Shown in pieces: positions 1 to 9,548 of a stretch of 55,605 nt of DNA (the stretch's first letter is position 1; the number at the start of each line of letters is the position of its first letter). Under the pieces are notes generated by a model. That model was not told the origin of the DNA. It was given only the letters and a program-made list of their open reading frames with translations, and searched no databases. Made by a program: the position numbers and the translations under genes. Location of the stretch: positions 1 to 55,605 of the forward strand of contig CAWKEZ010000082.1 of the NCBI GenBank assembly GCA_963848545.1, read 5' to 3'. This DNA comes from an uncultured Thermoleophilia bacterium (lineage in GTDB: Bacteria; Actinomycetota; Thermoleophilia; UBA2241).

Positions 1-210
1 ACAGTTGCAGACATCATGCGCGGCGTTTTCGCAAAAGCGGTAGCGGACGTTCGCCTTGGCGAGCGCCTGCCAAACCGCATCGCCCGCCGGCTTCAACGCT
101 GTAACGGTCGCCTCGCGCGGCAAATAGCCAAGCCGCGCGCCGCAGCTTTCGCATTTGATGTTTTCAAAATAAAGCGGCTGGCCGCAATTCTGGCATTCGA
201 ACAATTTCAT
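1..210 (-). CDS. N-terminal part of a zinc-ribbon / putative zinc-binding metallopeptidase protein (runs off the window edge)
   Basis: Manual translation from ATG at 210: MKLFECQNCGQPLYFENIKCESCGARLGYLP...RFCENAAHDVCN. Two CxxC pairs plus FEN and LGYLP. Not in the ORF track because it is open at the edge. Confidence 0.75.
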   Translation of the reverse strand, partial: MKLFECQNCGQPLYFENIKCESCGARLGYLPREATVTALKPAGDAVWQALAKANVRYRFCENAAHDVCNC

Positions 211-509
211 AAATTGCCAAGCCTTTTTGTGCCGAAATTGAACGATCCAGGGTCGATAAAGTTTCGCGAAGTGTGGAGCTATGGATTCCGGACGCTGTTC
301 GCAAGCGCGCTGGTTGTTTTACGTATGGGCTCGGTTGCGGCGCGGTTGCGATCGCCTGTGCGAAGCGCGGTAGAACGTCGCGATGCAATCAGCCGTAGGC
401 CGGCTTGGCTACTGCCCATAATCCCCGTAAGGGTGACGCCTAAGGTCGGGGACAAAGCCCGAGATAAGGGCGACGCTCGATCATCGAGCGAGAACGGGGG
501 AGGATAGCC

Positions 510-1493
510 ATGATCAATAGACGCGCGCTTCTTTCCAGCGCGGCGTCGGCCGGCGCCGCTGTGGGCCTCGGCGTGGCGGCGGCGGTCCGGGCGCTTGCGG
601 ACCAGTATCCATCACGCCCCATTCACTTCGTCCTGCCGTTTCCAGCCGGCCCGACCGACGTCGTCATCCGGCTCTACGCGGATAAAATATCGCGGGACTG
701 GCATCAGCCCGCTGTGGTCGACAATCGGCCCGGCGCCACGGGTTCGATCGGCACCGAGCTCGTGGTTCAGGCCAAGCCGGACGGCTACACGTTCCTGTTC
801 ACGGTCGACCTGCCGATCTCGATGGCGCCCAATCTGATCAAGGTGCCGTATGATCCCGCGCGGGATTTGCGTCCGATTTGCGCCGTGGTCGAGAGCAGCG
901 GTGTCCTGGTCGTCAATGCCTCGACCGGCATCAAGACCCTGGCGCAGTTCATCGCCGCCGCCAAAGCCAAGCCTGGCACTTTGACCTATTCGTCCGCCGG
1001 CATTGGCTCGCCGGCGCACTTGTGCGGCGCGATGATGGCGCAGCAGGCCGGCATCGACATCACCCACGTGCCTTACAAGGGCGCCGGCCCGGCGATGAAC
1101 GCGGTTCTGACCGGCACTGTCACCGCGTTCTGCGGCCCGATCGCCCAGTCGCTGCAATACATCAAAACCGGAAAGTTCAATGCGCTCGGCGTTTCGGGGC
1201 CGCGAGCGTCGCCGTTATTGCCGGACGTGAAGCCGATGTCGGTGTCGTATCCGGGACTCGTCATTTCCAACTGGTTCGGCCTGATGGCGCCGGCCCACAC
1301 GCCGGCCGACATAACGAAGGCGTTGCGTGACGAGTTCAAGAAGATCTCCGACGAGCCGGACATTCGGACCAAGCTCATGGCAATTGGACTGCAGCCGGAA
1401 TGGCTGGAGGGTGAGGCGTTCACGGCAAGAATTGCGAACGACACCAAAAAAATTCGGGATTTCGTCGTGGCGGCGAAAATCCATACCGAGTGA
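510..1493 (+). CDS. Bug/TctC family tripartite tricarboxylate transporter substrate-binding protein with Tat signal
   Basis: NRRALL twin-arginine leader, YPSRPIHFVLPFPAG, VDNRPGATG, KPDGYT and HVPYKG motifs. GGAGG Shine-Dalgarno (SD) upstream. Confidence 0.9.
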   Translation: MINRRALLSSAASAGAAVGLGVAAAVRALADQYPSRPIHFVLPFPAGPTDVVIRLYADKISRDWHQPAVVDNRPGATGSIGTELVVQAKPDGYTFLFTVDLPISMAPNLIKVPYDPARDLRPICAVVESSGVLVVNASTGIKTLAQFIAAAKAKPGTLTYSSAGIGSPAHLCGAMMAQQAGIDITHVPYKGAGPAMNAVLTGTVTAFCGPIAQSLQYIKTGKFNALGVSGPRASPLLPDVKPMSVSYPGLVISNWFGLMAPAHTPADITKALRDEFKKISDEPDIRTKLMAIGLQPEWLEGEAFTARIANDTKKIRDFVVAAKIHTE

Positions 1494-1511
1494 AGCGGGA
1501 GACAGCACTGC

Positions 1512-3110
1512 ATGACACGGCCGAATTTCGTTCTGTTCATCACCGATCAGCATCGGGTCGATTACCTGTCCTGTTACGGCCACCCGGTGCTGAAAACACC
1601 GCACATCAATTCGATCGCGGCGCGCGGCACGCGGTTCGAGAATTTTTACGTCGCCGACGCCGGTCTGTATGCCCAACCGCGCGACCTTGATGACCGGTCG
1701 CATGCCGTCGGTGCACGACGGCCGCGGCAACGGCCTGCCGCTGCCGCTTTCCTCCAACACCTTCGTCGACACGCTGCGCGCCGCCGGCTATGCGACCGCC
1801 CTGGTGGGCAAGAGCCACCTGCAGAATTTCACCGGCTTTCCGCCCATTCAGAAGCGTGCGCCGGCGCGCGACGGCGACCGCGTACTCGGCGCCGAATTCG
1901 CCGAGGCGAAAAAACCGCTCGCGGGTGATGGACCTTACGATCAGGAAATTCCGGCGCGTTGGTCTTCGGGCCATGACTTTAACATGAAGTTGCCGTTCTA
2001 CGGCTTCGAGCATGTCGATCTGTGCACCGGCCACGGTGATCAGGTCGGCGGCCATTATTATGTCTGGCTGAAATCGAAGCGGCCCGATGCCGACGCGCTG
2101 CGCGAAGCAAAAAATCAGCTGGCGCACGATTACGTCTGCCCGCAGGCGATCCGCACCACGATCCCGGAAGAATTTTATCCGACGAGCTACATCGCCGACA
2201 AAGCCTGCGAATGGCTCGGCGGCTACGCGCGCGGAAAAGCGCAGCGATCCGTTCTTTCTGATGGTGTCGTTTCCCGATCCGCACCATCCGTTCACGCCGC
2301 CCGGCCATTACTGGTCGATGTACCGGCCCGACGACATGGCGCTGCCGAAAAGTTTCGAACACGGCAACCGCCCGCTGGCGCGCTCGGTGGCGTGGGCGCT
2401 GGCGCAGCGCGAGAGCGGCAAGGCCGATACGAAAGGGCAGGCGCCGTTCGCGGTCAACGAACGCGAGGCGCGCGAGGCCATGGCGCTATCGTGCGGCATG
2501 ATCGCGATGATCGACGACGGCATCGGCCGCGTGCTGGCAGCACTCGCCGCGTCAGGCGCGGGCAACGATACGGTCGTGATCTTCACCACCGATCACGGCG
2601 ATTATCTGGGCGATCACCGGCTGTTGTTGAAGGGACCGGCGCATTACGAGGGCATCACCCATGTGCCGTTCATCTGGGCCGAGCCGGGCGAGCACGCACC
2701 GCAGCGCAGCGCCGTGATGGGCGGCACCCTCGACATCGCGCCGACCATTCTCGATCGCGCGCGCATCCAGCCGTATAACGGTGTTCAGGGGCTGAGCCTG
2801 TTGCCGGCCATCTACGGCGAAACGCTCGCGCGCGAACTCGATGGTGATCGAGGACGATCAGCAGCGCGCCATCATGGGCTTTACCGCGCCGCCGCGGCTG
2901 CGCTCGCTGATCACCAAACGCTATCGCCTCACCGTCGCCGACGGCGATTCCTACGGCGAGCTTTATGATCGGCAAAACGATCCGGACGAAATGGACAACC
3001 TATTCGACGATCCGGCGCACCGCGCGCTGCGCGGCGAATTGTTCGAGCGGCTCGCCTTTCGGGAGATGGAGCTGGCCGACCGCTCGCCGCTGCCGAGCGG
3101 CCGGGCGTGA
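1512..3110 (+). CDS. Sulfatase-family hydrolase (Cys-type), broken by about 3 indels
   Basis: RPNFVLFITDQ start. Removing one base near 1657 restores YVATPVCMPNRATLMTGR (CxPxR). Also GKSH, SFPDPHHPF, FTTDHGDYLGDH and ELYDRQNDPDEMDNL across ORFs 1512/1669/2087/2841. Confidence 0.85.
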
Positions 3111-3111
3111 T

Positions 3112-3214
3112 CGTCATTCCGGATCGCCGCGCAGCGGCGAGTCCGGAATCCATATTCGCTGACCTGTGGTTATCGGATTTCGGGCTCGCGCTTGCAGCGC
3201 GCCCCGGAATGACG
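3112..3214. repeat. Alphaproteobacterial REP/RPE-like palindromic element
   Basis: Terminal inverted repeat CGTCATTCCGG...CCGGAATGACG with internal hairpins, between convergent genes. Confidence 0.75.
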
Positions 3215-3215
3215 G

Positions 3216-4085
3216 CTACCGCTGCAGCAGCGCGATCAGGCTTGACGTGTCCCAGCGCTTGCCGCCCATCTTCTGCACTTCGGAATAGAACTGGTCGACC
3301 AGCGCCGACACCGGCAGGTGCGCGCCGTTGCGCCTCGCTTCATCGAAGCAGATGCCGAGGTCCTTGCGCATCCAGTCGACGGCGAAACCGAAATCGAATT
3401 TCCCCGCCACCATGGTCTTGTAGCGGTTCTCCATCTGCCAGGACTGCGCCGCGCCCTTCGAAATCGTCGCGACCAGCTTCTCGATGTCGAGGCCGGCCTT
3501 TTGAGCGAAATGCAGCCCCTCGGCGAGGCCCTGCACGATGCCCGCAATGCAGATCTGGTTGACCATCTTGGCGAGCTGGCCGGAGCCCGAGCTGCCCAGG
3601 AGATTGCAGGCGCGCGCGTAGGCCGCGATCACCGTTTCGGCCTTGGCGAAGGGCGCCTCGTCGCCGCCGCACATCACAGTAAGCACGCCGTTCTCGGCGC
3701 CGGCCTGGCCGCCCGACACCGGCGCATCGATGAAATCGAAGCCGTGTTTTTTTGCGTCGGCGTGCAACTCGCGCGCAATCGCGGCGGAAGCGGTGGTGTG
3801 ATCGACGACGATCGAACCCTTGCCGGCGCCCGCATAGATGCCGTGCTCGCCGAGCATCACCTCGCGCAGATCGTTGTCGTTGCCGACGCAAGCCATGACG
3901 AAGTCCTGGCCTTCGGCTGCCGCTTTCGGCGTCGGCGCGCGCTTGCCGCCATACTGTGCGACCCATTTGTCGGCCTTGGCGCCGGTGCGGTTATAGACCG
4001 TGACGTCGTGGCCGCCCTTGTTTTTCAGATGTCCGGCCATCGGGTAGCCCATCACGCCCAAGCCGACAAACGCCACCTTCGCCAT
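3216..4085 (-). CDS. NAD(P)-dependent beta-hydroxyacid dehydrogenase (3-hydroxyisobutyrate / tartronate semialdehyde reductase family)
   Basis: AFVGLGVMGYPMA Rossmann motif, FIDAPVSGG, KMVNQ, FAVDWMRKDL. Confidence 0.9.
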   Translation of the reverse strand: MAKVAFVGLGVMGYPMAGHLKNKGGHDVTVYNRTGAKADKWVAQYGGKRAPTPKAAAEGQDFVMACVGNDNDLREVMLGEHGIYAGAGKGSIVVDHTTASAAIARELHADAKKHGFDFIDAPVSGGQAGAENGVLTVMCGGDEAPFAKAETVIAAYARACNLLGSSGSGQLAKMVNQICIAGIVQGLAEGLHFAQKAGLDIEKLVATISKGAAQSWQMENRYKTMVAGKFDFGFAVDWMRKDLGICFDEARRNGAHLPVSALVDQFYSEVQKMGGKRWDTSSLIALLQR

Positions 4086-4119
4086 GGTTTCCTCCCAAAA
4101 TCGATTGCTCGATTCTGAA

Positions 4120-4225
4120 CCGTCACCCTGAGGTGCGGGCGCAGCGAGCCTCGAAGGGCGACGGCCCGGGCGCCGGTAGCCGCATCCTTCGAGGCGCGCC
4201 TTTGGCGCGCACCTCAGGAAGACGG
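4120..4225. repeat. Second alphaproteobacterial REP-like palindromic element
   Basis: CCGTCACCCTGAGGTGCG...CGCACCTCAGGAAGACGG terminal inverted repeat with internal GCCTCGAAGG / CCTTCGAGGC pair. Confidence 0.75.
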
Positions 4226-4275
4226 AATAAGTCCGTCATGGCCGGACGGCCGGGGCCAGTCAACCGGGCGAGCGA

Positions 4276-4302
4276 TTGACCGCGCCGTCGCGGGGCCTAT
4301 GT
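4276..4302 (+). promoter_or_regulatory. Rhizobiales-type sigma70 promoter for mrp (near-leaderless)
   Basis: TTGAC-N16-CTATGT ending 8 nt before ATG 4311. Resembles the CTTGAC-N17-CTATAT alphaproteobacterial consensus. Confidence 0.45.
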
Positions 4303-4310
4303 AGAGCGCC

Positions 4311-5397
4311 ATGGCAATCTCTAAAGATGACGTCCGCACGGCGTTAGGCAAGGTTTCGGGGCCCGACGGCAGGCCGCTGCCCGAAACCGGCACGCTGTCC
4401 GATATCGTCGTCACCGACGGCAAGGTGTTTTTCTCCATCACCGTCGATGCGGCCGCGGTGCCGCAGTGGGAGCCGGTCCGCGCGCGCGCCGAGCAAGCCG
4501 TGCGCGCGATTCCGGGCGTCACCTCGGCGCTGGTCGCTTTGACCGGGGAACGCGCGCCGGGGGCCGCGCGGCCACCGGCCGGCCCGCAAGCGCAAGCCGC
4601 GGCGCCGCGCCCGCAGCCTGGCGGCCGCGCGCCGCAGGCGCCAACCGGCATTCCCGGCGTCGGCGCCATCATCGCGGTCGCCTCCGGCAAGGGCGGTGTC
4701 GGCAAATCGACCACGGCGGTCAATCTCGCGCTTGGGCTGCGCGATCTTGGACTGAAAGTCGGTATCCTCGACGCGGACATCTACGGCCCATCGCTGCCTA
4801 AGCTGCTTGCGATCCGCGAGCGGCCCGAGGTCATCGGCGGCACGCGGCTCAAACCCATCGTCCGCCACGGCATGCCGGTGATGTCGATCGGTTTCCTGAT
4901 CGAGGAAGAGACGCCGATGATCTGGCGCGGCCCGATGGTGATGTCGGCGCTGACCCAGATGCTGCGCGAAGTCGAATGGGGAGCGCTCGACGTCATGGTG
5001 GTGGACATGCCGCCGGGCACCGGCGACGCGCAGCTCACCATGGCGCAGCAGGTGCCATTGAAGGGCGCCGTCATCGTTTCGACGCCGCAGGATCTGGCAC
5101 TGATCGACGCGCGGCGCGGCATCGCCATGTTCCGCCGGGTCAACGTGCCAGTGCTCGGCATCGTCGAGAACATGAGCTATTTCCTGTGCCCGCATTGCGG
5201 CGGCCGGACCGACATTTTCGGCCATGGCGGCGCGCGCGCCGAGGCCGAGCGGCTCGATGTGCCGTTCCTCGGCGAGGTGCCGCTCGACATGGAAATTCGC
5301 GAAAGATCGGATTCGGGCCAGCCGGTGGTCGCCACCCTTCCGGACGGCCCGTATGCGCAGATCTATCGCGACATTGCGGCCCGCGTGCGCGACGCCG
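4311..5397 (+). CDS. mrp: Mrp/NBP35/ApbC iron-sulfur cluster carrier ATPase; extreme C-terminus replaced at the junction
   Basis: VASGKGGVGKST P-loop, DADIYGPS, MIWRGPMV, DMPPGTGD, ENMS-CPHCG. After RDIAARVRDA the frame reads into out-of-frame dnaE. Confidence 0.88.
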
Positions 5398-5398
5398 A

Positions 5399-7693
5399 GA
5401 TATTGACCCGCTCAAGTACGATCTGCTCTTCGAGCGCTTTCTGAATCCAGGCCGCAAGAGCATGCCCGACATAGACATGGACTTCAGCGTGGCTCGCCGC
5501 GAAGAGGTCATCGACTACGTGGCGGGCAAGTACGGCCGCGACCGCGTGGCGCAGATCATCACCTTCGGTACCATGGCGGCCCGCGCCGCGGCGCGCGACG
5601 CCGCCCGCGTGATGGGCAAGCCCTACGCCGTCGGCGACAAGATCGCCAAGATGATCCCCGAGCAGGCGCCGCCGGCGACCTTCAGCCAGGCCATGCTGCC
5701 GGGCGGCGAGCTCAAACAGGCCTACGACGCCGATGAAGAGGTGAGGGAGGTCGTCGACCTGGCGACGGCGCTCGAGGGGCTCATCCGCAACGACTCCATC
5801 CATGCCGCCGCAGTGGTGATCAGCGACCAGCCGCTCACCGAGTACCTGCCGCTGCAGCAGAAGGGCGACGCCGAGCTGGTCACTCAGTTCGACATGAACG
5901 ATGTCGCCGCGCTGGGCCTGCTCAAGATGGATTTCCTCGGCCTGCGCAACCTCGACGTCATCGAGGCGGCGCTGGAGATCATCGAGGAGACGGACGGCGT
6001 GTGCATCGAGATCGACCGCTTGCCGTTGGACGACGAGAAGACCTACAAGATGCTGGCCCGCGGCGACTCCACCGGCGTCTTTCAGTTCGAGAGCGCCGGC
6101 ATGCGCGAAGCGCTGCGCGACGTCGGCCCCACGCAGTTCGAGGACCTCATCGCTATCGGCGCCCTCTACCGCCCCGGGCCGATGCAGTACATCCCCACCT
6201 ACGCCCGCAACAAGAAAGACCCGGCCTCGGTCGTCTACGACCACGAGGCCTTGCGCCCCATCCTCGAGCCCACGCACGGCGTGACCATCTACCAGGAGCA
6301 GTATATGGCCATCGCGCGGCGCGTGGGCGGCTTCTCGCCGGCCCAGGCCGACGACTTGCGCAAGGCCATCAGCAAGAAGAACCGCCAGCTCATGGCCACG
6401 CTCAAGGAGCCGCTCATGAAGGGCCTCGCGGCGAGCGGGGTGCCGCCCGCCGTGAGCCAGAAGCTGTGGGCCAACTTCGAGGCGACCGGCGATTACTCGT
6501 TCAACAAGAGCCACGCCGCCTGCTACGCCATGATCAGCTACCGTACCGCCTGGCTCAAGGCCAACTACCCGGTCGAGTACATGGCGGCGCTGGTGAGCAG
6601 CGTCATGAACACCAAAGACAAGGTGCCGTTCTACGTGAACCAGTGTCACGAGCTCGGCATCGAGGTACTGCCGCCCGACGTGAACGAGAGCGCCGTGGGC
6701 TTCACCGTGGTGGGGGGCAAGATCCGCTTTGGCCTGAACGCCGTCAAGGGCGTGGGGCGCGGCGCGATCGAAGAGATCATCGCCGCGCGCGCCGCCGTGC
6801 CGTTCACCAGCATCTACGACTTCTGCGCCCGCGTCGACGCGCAGATGGCCAACAAGCGCGTGCTCGAGGCGCTCATTCGCAGCGGCGCCTTCGACAGCAC
6901 CGGCGACCCGCGGCAGGGCATGCTCGAGGCTCTGCCGGCGGCCATGGCCGACGGCGAGCGCCGCCGGCGCGACCGCGAGCAGGGGCAGGTCGGCATGTTC
7001 GACCACCTCGACGCCGGCGACAGCGCGGGGGCGCAGGCGCCGCAGGTGCCGCAGCGGGAGTTCGACCAAGCGACCCGCCTGAAGGGCGAGAAGGAGGCGC
7101 TGGGCCTCTACGTGTCGGCGCACCCACTGCAGGGCCTGCGCGAACAGTTGCGCGACGAGATCGAGGTGCCCGTGAGTCAGCTCGACGACTCCGGCGACGG
7201 CGCCGTGCTGTGGACCGGAGGCATCGTCGCCAACGCGCAGAAGAAGGTGAGCAAGAACGGCGGTGTATGGCTGGCCTTCCGTCTCGAAGATGTAGACGGC
7301 GGCGTGGAGGGCCGCGCCTGGCCGGCGACCTACGAGCAGTACAAGGATCTGCTGCACGAAGACGCCATCATCAAGGTGAAGGGGCGCGTGGAACGCAAGA
7401 GCGAGGGCGAGACGACCCTTATCGCCATCGAGGTGCAGCCGTTCAGCGGCGTGAGCGAGTATCGCCCGCTCACGGTGACGATCGACGCCCGCCGCGTGCG
7501 ACCCAGCGTGCTCGACGACCTCAAACGCATCTTCGCCGACTTCCCCGGGCAGGTACCCGTGGTGCTGCACATGGTGCGCGATGAGCAGCGCGCCCGGCTG
7601 CGGGTGGGCGACGGCTTGCGGGTGGCGCCGGTGGCCGGCCTGTATGCCGAGCTCAAGGCATTGCTGGGCGAGAGCTGCATCGGGGTCAGTTAA
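5399..7693 (+). CDS. dnaE: DNA polymerase III alpha subunit, N-terminally truncated (PHP domain absent)
   Basis: DIDPLKYDLLFERFLNPGRKSMPDIDMDF, HAAAVVI, GLLKMDFLGLRNL, GVFQFES, FNKSHA and a C-terminal OB fold. Starts abruptly mid-protein. Confidence 0.93.
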   Translation, partial: DIDPLKYDLLFERFLNPGRKSMPDIDMDFSVARREEVIDYVAGKYGRDRVAQIITFGTMAARAAARDAARVMGKPYAVGDKIAKMIPEQAPPATFSQAMLPGGELKQAYDADEEVREVVDLATALEGLIRNDSIHAAAVVISDQPLTEYLPLQQKGDAELVTQFDMNDVAALGLLKMDFLGLRNLDVIEAALEIIEETDGVCIEIDRLPLDDEKTYKMLARGDSTGVFQFESAGMREALRDVGPTQFEDLIAIGALYRPGPMQYIPTYARNKKDPASVVYDHEALRPILEPTHGVTIYQEQYMAIARRVGGFSPAQADDLRKAISKKNRQLMATLKEPLMKGLAASGVPPAVSQKLWANFEATGDYSFNKSHAACYAMISYRTAWLKANYPVEYMAALVSSVMNTKDKVPFYVNQCHELGIEVLPPDVNESAVGFTVVGGKIRFGLNAVKGVGRGAIEEIIAARAAVPFTSIYDFCARVDAQMANKRVLEALIRSGAFDSTGDPRQGMLEALPAAMADGERRRRDREQGQVGMFDHLDAGDSAGAQAPQVPQREFDQATRLKGEKEALGLYVSAHPLQGLREQLRDEIEVPVSQLDDSGDGAVLWTGGIVANAQKKVSKNGGVWLAFRLEDVDGGVEGRAWPATYEQYKDLLHEDAIIKVKGRVERKSEGETTLIAIEVQPFSGVSEYRPLTVTIDARRVRPSVLDDLKRIFADFPGQVPVVLHMVRDEQRARLRVGDGLRVAPVAGLYAELKALLGESCIGVS

Positions 7694-7732
7694 GGCCGGG
7701 CGGATGAGCGCAGACAGGGGCGCGAGACAGGA

Positions 7733-8931
7733 ATGATCCCCGAAGGCATGCACGACGTGCTCCCTCCCGAGGCGCGCGAGCTGCGCGCCATCGTGACGGC
7801 GCTGTGCGGCCGTTTCGAGGCCTACGGCTACGGCGAGGTGAGCACGCCCTGGCTGGAGTTCGCCGAGACGCTCGAGATCGCCGGCGACGACACCCTCGAG
7901 GCCGGCTACCGGCTGCACGATCAGCAGGGTCATGAGCTCATGCTGCGCACCGACATGACGGTGCCCGTGGCGCGCCTCGCCGCGTCGCACTACCGCGACG
8001 CGCCCCTGCCGCTGCGCTTCTTCTATGTAGCGCCTTCCATACGGCCGTGGGCGCCGCAGCGCAGCCAAGACGGTGAATTCGTGCAGGCCGGTGCCGAGCT
8101 TCTGGGTCTGCATTCGGCGGCCGCCGACGCGGAGTGCGTGACACTGCTGTGCGACTGCCTCTCATCGCTGGGCGTGCGCGACTACCGCGTGGCGCTGGGC
8201 ACGGTCGATTTCTACACGGCGCTGGTCGATGCCCTTGGTCTGGCCGCCGTAGATCGCGAGAAGTTCCTGGAGGCGCTCTCGGATCGCGACTACCCGCTGC
8301 TGGAGAGCATCGCCGGCAAGGCCGAGGCAGACGGTGCCGCCCTCGACGCCCTGTGGTGTACGCTCGAGTTGAGCGGCACGCGCGACAGCCTGTCACAGGC
8401 GCGCAAGCTCGCCCGCAGCCCCGCCATGGAGGCCGCCATTGAGCATCTCGTCACCGTGCGCGATCTAGTGGAGGTGGCGGGCTTCGACGACGCCGTCACC
8501 TTTGATTTCGGCCTGTTCCAAGACCTCACGTACTACCGGGGCGTCATCTTCGAGGCCTACGCCCCGGGGGTGGGGCTGCCCATCGCCTCGGGCGGGCGCT
8601 ACGACGGTCTCTGGCGCGCTTCGACTGGGACGTGCCCAGCGTGGGCTTCGCCATCGCCCTGGATCGGCTGCAGGAGGCTCTCGAGGAGGTCGGGACGGCG
8701 CTGGCTCCGGCTCCGGCTCTCCTGGCCTACGTCGGCGGCGTCGCAGACCCGTCGCGGGCGGCCGAGCTGCGCCGCGCGGGCCGGGCGGTGGTGGCCCTGC
8801 CCGAGGGCACGCCCTGGGCCCTGCGTCCGCTGCTGCGTCGTGACGGCGGTGCCTTCCGCCTGGAGCTGGCCGACGGCACCGTGGTGACCGGGGGCTGGCG
8901 CGACGTGCTGCGCGCGCTGGGACGTGCGTGA
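7733..8931 (+). CDS. hisZ: ATP phosphoribosyltransferase regulatory subunit (one indel near 8610)
   Basis: IPEGMHD, LRTDMTVPVAR, EFVQAGAELLG, YYRGVIFEAY, SGGRYD, then PSVGFAIALDRL in the next frame. First gene of the his cluster. Confidence 0.88.
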
Positions 8932-9548
8932 AGATCGGCATCGCCTGCGATGAAGGGCGGGCAGCGGCCGAGGTAATCGACCTCCTGGCGGCGGCAGGAC
9001 TGCCCGCCGCGCCGCTGCGCGGCGTGGCTTCTCCGGCGCTGGTGACGGCCGCCGAAACTACCTGGCTGCTGGCCGGCGCCGCCGACGTGCTGGCCGGCTG
9101 CAGCCATGGCGGGCTGGACGCCGCCGTGGCCGGCAAAGGGGTACTGCTCGAGCTCGAGCCGGGGGTGTCTGAAGTGCTCGACCTCGGGGTCTGCGCGGAT
9201 GCCCTCGTCTACGCGACGCCGAACGCGTACCCGCCGGCCACCGGCCGCGCGCGGCCGCGCGTCGCTACCCCCTACCCTCGGGTGACACAGAGGTACTTCG
9301 CCGCCGCGGGGCGTCAGGTTGAGGCGTTACCGTTCGCCGCCGCCGCCCTGGCGCCGGCCTTGGGGCTGGCCGAGGGTGTAGTGGATCTGCGCACGCGCCT
9401 GGCCGTGTCAGGTGTGGCCCTGAACGAGCGCGAGCAGGTCGCCCTCAGCAGCGCCCGTCTGGTCGTGGGCCGTGCGGCGCGCACGTTGCGCGCTCGAGAT
9501 ATCGCCGAGCTGATCGCCCGCCTGCGGGCACTGCTGGAGGGAGCATGA
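8928..9548 (+). CDS. hisG: Short-form ATP phosphoribosyltransferase homologue with degenerate active-site motifs
   Basis: Lies between hisZ and hisD with GTGA/ATGA overlaps. Retains GLDAAVAGKGVLLE, VLDLG, RVATPYP, LAPALGLAEGVVD and SSARLVV, but lacks GSVE and the [ST]GxT loop. Confidence 0.75.
   Translation: MKIGIACDEGRAAAEVIDLLAAAGLPAAPLRGVASPALVTAAETTWLLAGAADVLAGCSHGGLDAAVAGKGVLLELEPGVSEVLDLGVCADALVYATPNAYPPATGRARPRVATPYPRVTQRYFAAAGRQVEALPFAAAALAPALGLAEGVVDLRTRLAVSGVALNEREQVALSSARLVVGRAARTLRARDIAELIARLRALLEGA

Noticed and set aside
16-507. 163-aa plus-strand ORF at the window start
   Set aside because: It overlaps the convincing minus-strand zinc-ribbon gene and has no motifs.
4976-7693. 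905-aa ORF as a novel DnaE with a new N-terminal domain
   Set aside because: The first 141 codons are an off-frame reading of mrp. Only the part from 5399 is DnaE.
5399-7693. Split or intein-containing DnaE
   Set aside because: No intein motifs, start codon or SD at the break. The fragment begins mid-motif at the junction.
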